Translations under genes and position numbers: made by a program | The notes under the pieces: generated by a model | Seen by the model: only the letters and a program-made list of their open reading frames with translations | Told to the model about the DNA's origin: nothing | The model's database searches: none | Shown: one piece after another, positions 38,549 to 47,929 of the stretch | Position numbering within the stretch: the stretch's first letter is position 1 | Layout of the letters: each line of letters starts with the position of its first letter | Assembly (NCBI GenBank): GCA_913009335.1 | Contig: CAJVXN010000004.1 | Location: 2,349 to 66,348 of the forward strand | Length of the DNA: 64,000 bases | Reading direction: 5' to 3' | Source of the DNA: an uncultured bacterium | GTDB lineage: Bacteria > Omnitrophota > Gorgyraeia > Ghiorseimicrobiales > Ghiorseimicrobiaceae

Positions 38549-39794
38549 TTATTATATTATCGATTAAACGCGTCTTTCCAAACCAGGCAGCAATCACTAT
38601 CAAAACTTTACCGGAAATTTTATTCACCTTATTTAAAATTTGAGCATCAACTATATCAACATACTCAATACGCACTGTTTTTTTATTCTTTATTTTTTTT
38701 GAAATAGCAGAAATTATTGTCTTACTGCTTCGCTCCCCCTTTTTAATCAATGCCTTTGCATAAAGAAGGCTTGCGAAAAGTACCACGGCATCATTCCTCT
38801 GAAATTTATTTAGGTATTTATTCCGCGAGCTCATCGCCAATCCATCTGTTTCCCGCACTATCGGCATAATTTTTATTTTAACCGGCATATTTAAATCACA
38901 AACCATTTGCTCAATTACTCTTGTTTGCTGAGCATCCTTTTGCCCAAAATAGGCAAAATCCGGGGCAACGATATTAAATAATTTAGTCACAATTGTCGCA
39001 ACCCCCCTAAAATGATTCGGCCGCTTCATTCCACATAATCCGGAAGTTATCTCCTCAACATCAACATGGGTTAAATATCCTTTAGGGTAGATTTGTTTTG
39101 CAGCGGGATAAAAAACCGCATCTACACCTATTTGCTTGAGGAGCAACATATCTCTTCTAAAATCCTTAGGATATCTGGAAAAATCTTCCTTGGGTCCAAA
39201 TTGTGCAGGGTTAACAAAAATACTAACAATTACTTTATCGCAATCATTCTTTGCTTGTCTGATTAAAGATAAATGCCCAACGTGTAAATAGCCCATGGTA
39301 GGAACAAAACCTATTGTTTTGCCTTCTATGCGCGCATTTCTAACAAAAGCGCGCATTCTATCTATATTTTTTATAATTTTTGGCCTAAACATCTCCGGAG
39401 CAACATCAGAAAGCGGTTTTAACACAAAATTCCGCCTAAACATCCTGGGGTGAGGAATAGTGAGGGTCTTGGTCTTTATCCTCTCTGAACCAAAAAACAA
39501 TATATCTAAATCAATTACGCGAGGACCAAAACGAATAGTTTTTTTTCTTCCTAATTTTTTCTCAATAGATTTTAGATTTGTAAGGAGTCTTTGTGGGGAA
39601 ATATCGACCCCAAGGCGTATTACGCCATTAAGAAAATCTGGCTGATTTTTAATACCCTCGGGACTGGTAGAATAAAGCCTGGAAATTTTATTGATTTTGA
39701 CTCCCCTGACTTTAGAAAGTTGCGTTAGTGCTCGCTTAATATTCTTATACCTATTACCTAAATTAGAACCAATTCCTATAAAACAAACTGTCAT
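38514..39794 (-). CDS. folK-panC: FolK (HPPK) - PanC (pantothenate synthetase) fusion
   Basis: N-terminal IGIGSNLG, GPRVIDLDIL, IPHP; C-terminal GFVPTMGYLHVGH, SIFVNPAQF, FGQKDAQQ, GLAMSSRN, RLIDN. Confidence 0.93.
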   Translation of the reverse strand: MTVCFIGIGSNLGNRYKNIKRALTQLSKVRGVKINKISRLYSTSPEGIKNQPDFLNGVIRLGVDISPQRLLTNLKSIEKKLGRKKTIRFGPRVIDLDILFFGSERIKTKTLTIPHPRMFRRNFVLKPLSDVAPEMFRPKIIKNIDRMRAFVRNARIEGKTIGFVPTMGYLHVGHLSLIRQAKNDCDKVIVSIFVNPAQFGPKEDFSRYPKDFRRDMLLLKQIGVDAVFYPAAKQIYPKGYLTHVDVEEITSGLCGMKRPNHFRGVATIVTKLFNIVAPDFAYFGQKDAQQTRVIEQMVCDLNMPVKIKIMPIVRETDGLAMSSRNKYLNKFQRNDAVVLFASLLYAKALIKKGERSSKTIISAISKKIKNKKTVRIEYVDIVDAQILNKVNKISGKVLIVIAAWFGKTRLIDNIIINSKFKTRNSK

Positions 39795-39800
39795 AATATT

Positions 39801-39924
39801 AAAATTCTAAAACCGAAATACCAAATTCTAAATAAATTCTAATTCCGAAATTATAAACAAAAAATATTTTGGGATTTAACATTTTAAATTTATTTCGTAT
39901 TTCTAATTTTGAAATTAGGATTTT
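39801..39924. repeat. AT-rich heptamer-array hairpin, family E copy 2
   Basis: AAATTCTAAAACCGAAATACCAAATTCTAAATAAATTCTAATTCCGAAATTATAAACAAAAA..., colinear with copy 1. Confidence 0.75.
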
Positions 39925-41089
39925 ATATTACTTTTTTAAATCTCACAATAGCTTCTTTGATCCTATCCTCGTTTGCCGTTAAGGCCATTCTTACATACCC
40001 TTCACCTGAATCTCCAAAACCACATCCGGGAGTAACTACAATATGCGCGCGAGTAAGCAGCATCTTAGCAAACTTTATAGAAGATTTATGTTTTTTAGGT
40101 AGTCTTGCCCAGACATAAAACGTCGCCTTCGGTTTGTCAACCTGCCAACCCAGATCATTTAAACCATCAATTAGCAAATCCCTTCTTTGGGAATATAACC
40201 TACACATCGCATCTACGTATTCCTGCGGGCCGGAAAGGGCCTCGACCGCTGCAATCTGAATAGCCGAGAAAATACCCGAATCCATATTAGCCTTTACCTT
40301 AGCAAGCCCGGCAACTATTTTCTGATTACCGCATACCCACCCGATTCTCCATCCGGTCATATTGTAAGTCTTAGATAAAGAATGAAATTCTACCCCTACA
40401 TCTTTAGCACCTGCCACCTCTAAAAAACTAGGTGGCTTATATCCGTCAAAATTTATTTCTGAATATGCAGTATCATGCAAAACTATAATATTATGCTTTT
40501 TTGCAAAACGCACTACATCTTTATAAAAAGAAATAGTAGCAACCGCTGATGTAGGATTATTAGGATAATTCAAGAATAAGAACTTTGCCTTAGTAAGTAC
40601 TTTTTTAGGTATATGGCTAAAATCAGGTAAAAATTCATTCTCTTCTTTAAGAGGCAAAATATAAGGAATCCCCCCTGCTAGAATTGTACCACCTTTATAC
40701 GGCGGGTAACACGGGTCAGGGACCAAAGAATAATCCCCTTTATTTATAAAAGCTAAGGGGATATGAGATATACCCTCTTTAGACCCTATTAAGGGAAGGA
40801 TTTCTTTATCATGAGAAAGACTTACTTTGAATCTCCTCTTATACCATTTTTTTATCGCCTCTCTTAGAATATCCATGCCTTGATCCAAAGCATAATGATG
40901 ATTTTCCGGATCACGCGCCGCGGTATATAATTTTTCTATTATATGTTTAGGTGTGGGCTGATCCGGATCTCCGATTCCTAAATCCACTAAATCAGCGCCT
41001 TTCGCTCGCTCTTCTCTTTTTGCCTTATCTATTTGGGCAAAAAGATAAGGAGGAAGTTTATTTAACCGTTCAGAAAGCAATATTTTCAT
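39923..41089 (-). CDS. dapL: LL-diaminopimelate aminotransferase
   Basis: LPPYLFA, LGIGDPD, LIGSKEGI, NYPNNPT, SLSKTYNMTGWRIG; lies in the dap operon. Confidence 0.93.
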   Translation of the reverse strand: MKILLSERLNKLPPYLFAQIDKAKREERAKGADLVDLGIGDPDQPTPKHIIEKLYTAARDPENHHYALDQGMDILREAIKKWYKRRFKVSLSHDKEILPLIGSKEGISHIPLAFINKGDYSLVPDPCYPPYKGGTILAGGIPYILPLKEENEFLPDFSHIPKKVLTKAKFLFLNYPNNPTSAVATISFYKDVVRFAKKHNIIVLHDTAYSEINFDGYKPPSFLEVAGAKDVGVEFHSLSKTYNMTGWRIGWVCGNQKIVAGLAKVKANMDSGIFSAIQIAAVEALSGPQEYVDAMCRLYSQRRDLLIDGLNDLGWQVDKPKATFYVWARLPKKHKSSIKFAKMLLTRAHIVVTPGCGFGDSGEGYVRMALTANEDRIKEAIVRFKKVI

Positions 41090-41808
41090 TTATCTAACTC
41101 CAATACGTTGTCCATGCCATAGAGGCCGTTTTCCTTATTCACAATCCATTTTGCAGCAACAAGTGCACCACCCGCAAAGATATCACGGGTTTTAGCAGAA
41201 TGCGTTAGCGTTAGCGTATCAACATCACTAGATAAAACAATCTTGTGATCTCCAACTATTTCATCCTCACGAATAGATTCAATATTAGAGACTTTCTTGC
41301 CTGAATCTTCAATAATACGCGCTAATTCCTTTGCAGTCCCTGAAGGAGCATCTTTTTTATGCACATGGTGCGCCTCGGTAATATCTATATTATAACCATT
41401 AGATATTTTATTCATTACTCTTTTTAAAAGATCAAAAAGGATATTTACGCCCACAGACATGTTAGGCGAAAAAACTATTGCTGTTTTTTTAGAGGCCTGA
41501 ATTATCTTGGTTGTGTCATCTTTAGATAAACCGGTTGTGCCAACAATTACTTTCTTACCCAACTTTGCGGCTACATCCAGATGAGATACTGTTGCAGACG
41601 GTGAGGAAAATTCTATCAGGACATCGCAGTTTTTAATATCAGCTTCATTACTTGATAGATTAACTCCATCGCAGATAACTTCACCTATTTCAGGATGCCC
41701 GTCATACTCAAGAATAGAAACAATCTCTATATTATTATCTTCCTGCGCAAGGGCAATTATCCTCTTGCCCATCTTGCCTCTAGCACCACTTATTGCAAGT
41801 TTAATCAT
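41086..41808 (-). CDS. dapB: 4-hydroxy-tetrahydrodipicolinate reductase
   Basis: GARGKMG, VGTTG, SPNMSVGVN, EAHHVHKKDAPSGTA. Confidence 0.96.
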   Translation of the reverse strand: MIKLAISGARGKMGKRIIALAQEDNNIEIVSILEYDGHPEIGEVICDGVNLSSNEADIKNCDVLIEFSSPSATVSHLDVAAKLGKKVIVGTTGLSKDDTTKIIQASKKTAIVFSPNMSVGVNILFDLLKRVMNKISNGYNIDITEAHHVHKKDAPSGTAKELARIIEDSGKKVSNIESIREDEIVGDHKIVLSSDVDTLTLTHSAKTRDIFAGGALVAAKWIVNKENGLYGMDNVLELDK

Positions 41809-41809
41809 A

Positions 41810-42697
41810 CTATATCAACCTATAACTTTTAAGAGCCTTCTTAAGTTTAGCTAATCCTGCCTTGCTAATCGCACACATAGGCAATCTTAAATCAGGCGAA
41901 CACATTTTCATTAGCCCCATCGCTGTCTTAACAGGTATGGGATTTGTCTCAATAAACATACTCTTAACCAAGGAAAGCATTTTATGATGTAACTCTTTAG
42001 CCTTTCTTGTATCTTTCTTCGCAAATGCTACAATCAAAGCCTTTACATCTTTAGGTATTATATTCGCAACAACTGAAACCACCCCTACGCCTCCGATACT
42101 TAAAACAGGAAGCGTTAAGGCATCATCCCCTGAGAGCAAAGTAAAATCTCGCCCGCAGAGACTTATTGTGCGCGACATCTGATCAAGATTGCCCGATGCC
42201 TCTTTAATAGCTATAATATTTTTACAATCATTGGCAAGCCTTGCTGTTGTCACCGGATCAATATTAATGCCTGTACGCGATGCAATATTATAGAGCATTA
42301 TGGGAAATCCCGGCACAGACTTAGCAATTGCCTTAAAATGCAGATAGAGCCCTTCCTGTGTAGGCTTATTATAATAAGGAGAGACAAGTAATGAGCCGTC
42401 TGCCCCGGCTTTTTTGGCATGACGCGTAAGCATCACTGCCTCATCAGTTGAATTAGAACCCGTACCTGCGATAATAGGAATTCTTCCGTCTGAAGCCTTA
42501 ACACAAAGCTCAGTTACCCGTTCGTGTTCGGCATAATCAAGAGTTGCAGATTCTCCCGTGGTACCGGACGTAAGTATGGCATCCGTACCTGATTTTATAT
42601 GAAAATTAACTAATTTTTTTAATCTTTCTTCATCTATTTTTTTACCACCTTCGTAAAAAGGCGTAACCAATGCGACAATTGACCCTTTGAATATCAT
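41810..42697 (-). CDS. dapA: 4-hydroxy-tetrahydrodipicolinate synthase
   Basis: ALVTPF, GTTGESATL, PYYNKP, LYNI, IKEASG, ETNPIPVK. Confidence 0.97.
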   Translation of the reverse strand: MIFKGSIVALVTPFYEGGKKIDEERLKKLVNFHIKSGTDAILTSGTTGESATLDYAEHERVTELCVKASDGRIPIIAGTGSNSTDEAVMLTRHAKKAGADGSLLVSPYYNKPTQEGLYLHFKAIAKSVPGFPIMLYNIASRTGINIDPVTTARLANDCKNIIAIKEASGNLDQMSRTISLCGRDFTLLSGDDALTLPVLSIGGVGVVSVVANIIPKDVKALIVAFAKKDTRKAKELHHKMLSLVKSMFIETNPIPVKTAMGLMKMCSPDLRLPMCAISKAGLAKLKKALKSYRLI

Positions 42698-42711
42698 AAC
42701 CGCCCTCCCTT

Positions 42712-42856
42712 CGTCGTTCGCTTACGCTCCCTCCCCATACCCCGCCTTTGGCGGGGTCACGGTGTTCCTCGCTTACGCTCGTAACTGTCACCCCGCAGAA
42801 TAACTAAAAGCAAGCTATTCATTGAGGGGAAAAATTTTCCCCTCAAACTCCCTTTT
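42712..42856. repeat. Multi-hairpin intergenic element, family B copy 2, abutting the dapA SD
   Basis: CGTCGTTCGCTTACGCTCCCTCCCCATA-hairpin-...TGTCACCCC...TTGAGGGGAAAAATTTTCCCCTCAAACTCCC. Confidence 0.65.
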
Positions 42857-42863
42857 GGTTCTT

Positions 42864-43721
42864 TCATGCCTTCTGTTTATTTCCTAAAAAAGAACCAACT
42901 CTACCAGAATAGACAATCTCTGCCTGCCCTGCCAGCCAAACATCCTCTATCGTACCGTATAAAATTTTAAAATAAACCGTTAATATCGCACCACTCTTAG
43001 TATGAACTTTTATCTTTTTACTGCTTGCGGGACGATAATCAAACCTGTACCCGATAGGGTATAACTTAATCCCTGCTATAATAGCAGATGCAGCAGAACC
43101 AGTACCACAGGCAAGAGTTTCATCTTCTACGCCGCGCTCATACGTACGCACCGCTATGTTATTTTTATTAATGATTTGGACAAAATCAACGTTTGTTCCG
43201 CGGGGTGCAAATTTTTTATTGAAACGTAAACTTTCCCCAATAGACTTAACATCAATTAAATCTGTCTTTTCAACTAGCACAACCGCATGTGGAACTCCCG
43301 TATCGATATAATTTACTTTTATAACTCTTTTATTTAAAGTTAATGAAAGATCAAGCTTTATATCTTTGGGATTGGTTAATTTTATCCTGACATTATTATT
43401 ATTTATTTCGGACTCTATTATACCGGCTATAGTCTCAAGCTTTATTCTTTTCTTTCTTCCAGCCGCATACAATGCGGCACATCGTGCTCCGTTACCGCAC
43501 ATCTCTGCCTCTGAACCATCGACATTAAATATACGCATACGAATATCGGCAATCTTAGATTTAGAAAGCAGAAGCAGTCCATCGGCCCCTACACCGTACT
43601 TTCTATCGCATATTTTCCTGGCAAGAGAACGCATACGCGCGGTAGATAATTTTAAATTATCGTTAAATACGATAAAATCATTACCGGCAGCAACCATCTT
43701 TGTAAATTTTATATTATTCAT
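42864..43721 (-). CDS. dapF: Diaminopimelate epimerase
   Basis: GNDF, GADG, EMCGNGARC, GVPH, ERGVEDETLACGTG. Confidence 0.96.
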   Translation of the reverse strand: MNNIKFTKMVAAGNDFIVFNDNLKLSTARMRSLARKICDRKYGVGADGLLLLSKSKIADIRMRIFNVDGSEAEMCGNGARCAALYAAGRKKRIKLETIAGIIESEINNNNVRIKLTNPKDIKLDLSLTLNKRVIKVNYIDTGVPHAVVLVEKTDLIDVKSIGESLRFNKKFAPRGTNVDFVQIINKNNIAVRTYERGVEDETLACGTGSAASAIIAGIKLYPIGYRFDYRPASSKKIKVHTKSGAILTVYFKILYGTIEDVWLAGQAEIVYSGRVGSFLGNKQKA

Positions 43722-43724
43722 TTT

Positions 43725-43878
43725 TTAACCCAAAAAATGCATTTTTGCCTTCCCGTTTTTAGCGGGATCCGCTATAGGCATAATCGGACGCCTCTGGCGG
43801 GGTTAACCCCGCCAGCCGCAACAAGTTGCGGCGTGGCGGTCCTTTGGACAGATTTTGCTATTTCAAAATCTGGGTTTA
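43725..43878. mobile_element. MITE-like element, family C copy 2, at the lysA TAA stop codon
   Basis: TTA-ACCCAAAAAATGCATTT...TATTTCAAAATCTGGGT-TTA; GC-rich internal hairpins. Confidence 0.55.
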
Positions 43879-45147
43879 AAATCCCAGAAGAAACGACGGT
43901 ATTATCTCATTACGTATCAAATCTTTTTGCCTCTCTCTCTTCCTGATTACAAACGCCTCATCTTTAAACACAAGTACTTCTTCAGCGCGCGTTCTGGAAT
44001 TATAATTGCTGGACATCGTAAATCCATATGCGCCGCATGAGAAAACTACCAGATAATCCCCTTCGGCCACCTTAGGCATGCCGCGCCCCTTAGCTAAGAA
44101 ATCCCCAGACTCACAAATAGGCCCGACAATATCATATTTAAGATGAATGTGATTCTTGCCATCTGTTCTAGTTAAAGGCGAAATATCATGATATGCCCCG
44201 TATAAACTGGGACGTATAAGATCATTCATCCCGCTATCAACAATGATAAAATTCTTAAGCGGCGTCTTCTTAACAAATAAAACCTTGGTAACAAGGATTC
44301 CGGAATTCCCCGCAATAAACCTTCCCGGTTCCATAATAATCTTCAGATTAGCCTGTCTTAATAAAGGAAGTACCTTCTTGCTAAATTCCCTTGCTGTCTG
44401 AGGAGTCTCTTTATCGTAGATAATGCCTAGACCGCCTCCGATATTAAGATATTTTAAATCTATCCCCTTCCTTGCCAACTGCCCAATAAATCTTACTACC
44501 TTCTCAAGAGCAGCTACATAGGGAGAACTTTGGGTTATCTGAGAACCAATATGAATATGTATACCGCAAATATCCAAATGCGGAAAATCATTCCTTGTTA
44601 AGAAAATAATTCTGGCAGTTTCAAAATCAATGCCGAATTTATTCGTAAGCTTGCCTGTAGTAATATAATGATGCGTCTTAGGCTCAACATCCGGATTAAT
44701 ACGTATGGCAACATTGGTCTTAACTGCCAAACGACAGGCAATTTTATTTATTAATTCAAGCTCCGGGATAGATTCTACGTTGAAAAATAAAATGCCGGCC
44801 TTAAGCGCTTGAGTTATCTCTTCTTCTGTCTTACCTACCGAGGCATAAACTATTTTTTTAGGATCAATGCCTGCTTTTTTTGCGCGGTATAGCTCACCAC
44901 CGGATACAATATCAAGCCCCGCCCCTTTATCCGCAAGCGCTTTTAGGATTGCAAGGTTTGAATTTGCTTTAACAGAGTAGCAAATAAGCGGATCAATTGA
45001 TTTAAAAGCATTTTTTAACTTTAGAAAATGATCAATCAATGTATGATAGCTGTAAATATAAAGCGGCGTACCAAAACGCTCTGCTAATTCCTGGACTTTT
45101 ACATCTTCACAGTAAAGATTATTACTCTTATAGTTAAATTTATGCAT
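43876..45147 (-). CDS. lysA: Diaminopimelate decarboxylase
   Basis: YSVKANSN, HIGSQI, EPGRF, GPICESGD, GAYG..MSSNYN. Confidence 0.97.
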   Translation of the reverse strand: MHKFNYKSNNLYCEDVKVQELAERFGTPLYIYSYHTLIDHFLKLKNAFKSIDPLICYSVKANSNLAILKALADKGAGLDIVSGGELYRAKKAGIDPKKIVYASVGKTEEEITQALKAGILFFNVESIPELELINKIACRLAVKTNVAIRINPDVEPKTHHYITTGKLTNKFGIDFETARIIFLTRNDFPHLDICGIHIHIGSQITQSSPYVAALEKVVRFIGQLARKGIDLKYLNIGGGLGIIYDKETPQTAREFSKKVLPLLRQANLKIIMEPGRFIAGNSGILVTKVLFVKKTPLKNFIIVDSGMNDLIRPSLYGAYHDISPLTRTDGKNHIHLKYDIVGPICESGDFLAKGRGMPKVAEGDYLVVFSCGAYGFTMSSNYNSRTRAEEVLVFKDEAFVIRKRERQKDLIRNEIIPSFLLGF

Positions 45148-46507
45148 TTATTTTTGGCTTCCTCCTTGATATTGATTTTTTAGATTTTACGGCATATTCC
45201 GGATTCATTATTTTATTTATCACAATTATGTTTAAACCTTTATGAAATTTCTTAAGAATCGTATCTGGCATTTCCTTTATTTTAACTTTATTATCCTCAG
45301 AATAACGCACAAGTTTTCCAACAATATCATGCGCATCTTTAAAAGCAACGTTCTGATAGACAAGGTATTCTGCAAGCTCAGTTGCATACAAACTTTCATC
45401 CTCAAGAGCCTTCTTAACTGCCTGCTTATTAAGCTTTATACCCTTGATAAACTTAACCATAATACATAGCTCGTCTTTAATAGTATCAACTGATGAGAAT
45501 AACGGTTCCTTATCCATCTGCATATCCCGATTATAAGTAAGCGGCAGGCCTTTCATCGTAGTAAGAATTGAAACAAGATTTCCATATACCTTTCCGGTGC
45601 TACCCCGGACCAATTCCAAAAAATCAGGGTTCTTCTTATGCGGCATAAGAGAACTTCCTGTGCAAAATTCTTCCGGTAAGTCCAGAAAATTAAATTCTTT
45701 TGTCGAATAAAGAATAAAATCCTCCGACAACCTGGAAAGGTGCATTTGTAATATAGATAAAATACTTAAAAATTCAATTATAAAATCCCTATCACTTACA
45801 CTATCTAAAGAATTTTCTATCGTGTTTACGGCATTTTTAAATTTTTCACCTTTAAAAAATTCTTTTATCGCCTTATCATAATCGCTTACTTTTAAAGAAC
45901 TACCTGCTAAGGCACCCGCACCAATATATAAATTAATGCCGTCAATAAACTTCATAAGCCGCGTGCTGTCACGAAAGAACATGCCAGAAAAAGCTGATAT
46001 ATAATCCGATAATTTGACGACTTGAGCTTTTTGAGTATGCGTATATCCGACCATAAAAGAAGAAGGGTATTTCTTCGCAAGAAATTTTAGACTAGCTGAT
46101 AGACCAACTAAAAGCTTGGCAATATGCACCCCTGAATCAAGACAATACCACTTCGCATCGAAAACAATCTGGTCGTTCCTAGAACGCAAAGTATGCATCT
46201 TTAAAGCAAGCTTGCCAATATCTTTTTCTAGCCTGTTTTGAATTTCAGTATGAATATCTTCGCAAGCCTGATTTGGCTTAAATTTGCCTTTTCCAATTTG
46301 CTGTAAAATAGCATTTAAACTTAATATGATTTTTTTACACTCGCCAGTTTTTAAAATACCGCTATTTTTTAAGGCTATAGCGTGAATTATAGAATGATTA
46401 ATATCATACTCGGCTAATTTATAATCATACTGGATAGACTTTGAGAATTCCTCAAAATCCTTATCTATTTTTTTCTTAAATCGTCCACCCCATAACTTCT
46501 TTGCCAT
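45140..46507 (-). CDS. argH: Argininosuccinate lyase
   Basis: LWGGRF, SRNDQ, GYTH, TGSSLMPHKKNPD, LTYNRD; SD AAGGAGG before the ATG at 46507. Confidence 0.96.
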   Translation of the reverse strand: MAKKLWGGRFKKKIDKDFEEFSKSIQYDYKLAEYDINHSIIHAIALKNSGILKTGECKKIILSLNAILQQIGKGKFKPNQACEDIHTEIQNRLEKDIGKLALKMHTLRSRNDQIVFDAKWYCLDSGVHIAKLLVGLSASLKFLAKKYPSSFMVGYTHTQKAQVVKLSDYISAFSGMFFRDSTRLMKFIDGINLYIGAGALAGSSLKVSDYDKAIKEFFKGEKFKNAVNTIENSLDSVSDRDFIIEFLSILSILQMHLSRLSEDFILYSTKEFNFLDLPEEFCTGSSLMPHKKNPDFLELVRGSTGKVYGNLVSILTTMKGLPLTYNRDMQMDKEPLFSSVDTIKDELCIMVKFIKGIKLNKQAVKKALEDESLYATELAEYLVYQNVAFKDAHDIVGKLVRYSEDNKVKIKEMPDTILKKFHKGLNIIVINKIMNPEYAVKSKKSISRRKPKINA

Positions 46508-46518
46508 TACTTCCTCCT

Positions 46519-46685
46519 TCAATGAGCACACAATTTACGGAATTTTAGTGAACGTAAAGTGTATGTGCGAATTGAGCCCAGCACTAATTTTATTGATAAT
46601 TCAAATCCATAAATAATACTATTTACCTCAACAATACGTTTACGTCTAATAACAATCTTTTTAATAAAATTAGTGCTGGGTAAAT
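46519..46685. repeat. Structured element (family A variant) directly upstream of the argH SD
   Basis: TCAATGAG-stem-CGAATTGA-GCCCAGCACTAATTTTATT...AATAAAATTAGTGCTGGG-TAAAT; a further hairpin CCATAAGTTA/TAACTTATGG follows at 46692-46729. Confidence 0.8.
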
Positions 46686-46735
46686 TCAACCCCATAAGTT
46701 ACGTCGGCTACTGCCTCCATAACTTATGGCTTCAT

Positions 46736-47905
46736 TTATTTTTTATACGGCATTCCCCAGAGCTTAATAAAACCTTCTGCTAGACTCTGATCAAACTTAT
46801 CACCTGCTGAATATGTAGCAAGCTCTTTCTTATATAAAGAATAATCTGACTTGCGCCCCACAACAGAACAATTCCCTTTATGTAATTTTAAACGTACTGT
46901 CCCCGTAACCTTTTTCTGGGTTTGATTGATAAACTTATCCAATGCCACCTTTAGCGGCGAATACCATAGCCCGTTATAAATCAATTCTGAATATTTAAGG
47001 CTAATACCTTCTTTAAAATGCAATAGCTCGCGGTCCAACACTAAATTTTCAAGCGCTTTATGCGCTTGATAAAGAATTGTAGCAGCCGGCGCCTCATAAA
47101 TCTCACGTGATTTTATACCAATCAAGCGGCTCTCAACTAAGTCAGAGCGGCCTATTGCGCAATCACCGCCAACTTTATTTAACCGGGTAAGCAACTCTTG
47201 GGATGTTAGATATTTGCCGTTTATATAACAAGGTATGCCCTGTTCAAAACAAATCTGGATATATTTAGGCTTATTAGGTGCGCGTTCAATGCTCTTAGTT
47301 ATCTGATAAGCATCCTCAGGCGGCTCACGCCAGGGATCCTCAAGTATTCCGCATTCAATACTTACTCCCCAGATATTTTTATCCAGACTATAAGGCTTTT
47401 TCTTTGTTATATCTATGGGAATCTTTTTCTTTTTAGCATAATCTATCTCATCTTGACGTGATTTAAATTCCCATTCCCGAACAGGAGCTACAATTTTAAG
47501 TTTTGGACCTAAAATAGCTGCGGTTACCTCAAGACGCACCTGGTCATTGCCCTTGCCTGTACATCCATGGGCGATGTATCCGGCGCCTTCCTTCTTGGCA
47601 ACTTCAACCAAATATTTTGCAATCAGGGGACGTGAAAGGGCAGTAGCTAAAAAATACTTACCTTCATATATCGCGTTAGCAGATAGTGCCGGAAAGACAA
47701 AATCTGAGATAAACTCATCCTTTAAATTCTTTATATAAATACGCTTAGCCCCCGCGTTAAGCGCCCGCTGCCTGACTATTTTAAAATCATCACCTTGCCC
47801 TACATCTGCGGCAAAAGCAATAACTTCATATCCTTTATCCTTCAGCCACTTAACACATACGGAAGTATCCAATCCTCCTGAATACGCTAGTACTATCTTT
47901 TTCAT
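46736..47905 (-). CDS. argG: Argininosuccinate synthase
   Basis: LAYSGGLDTS, HGCTGKGNDQVR, GIKSREIYEAP. Confidence 0.98.
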   Translation of the reverse strand: MKKIVLAYSGGLDTSVCVKWLKDKGYEVIAFAADVGQGDDFKIVRQRALNAGAKRIYIKNLKDEFISDFVFPALSANAIYEGKYFLATALSRPLIAKYLVEVAKKEGAGYIAHGCTGKGNDQVRLEVTAAILGPKLKIVAPVREWEFKSRQDEIDYAKKKKIPIDITKKKPYSLDKNIWGVSIECGILEDPWREPPEDAYQITKSIERAPNKPKYIQICFEQGIPCYINGKYLTSQELLTRLNKVGGDCAIGRSDLVESRLIGIKSREIYEAPAATILYQAHKALENLVLDRELLHFKEGISLKYSELIYNGLWYSPLKVALDKFINQTQKKVTGTVRLKLHKGNCSVVGRKSDYSLYKKELATYSAGDKFDQSLAEGFIKLWGMPYKK

Positions 47906-47929
47906 AATAACCCTCTTCTTTATAGTCTG

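Noticed and set aside
38421-39924. CRISPR array
   Set aside because: There is no regular repeat-spacer periodicity and no cas gene anywhere in the window.
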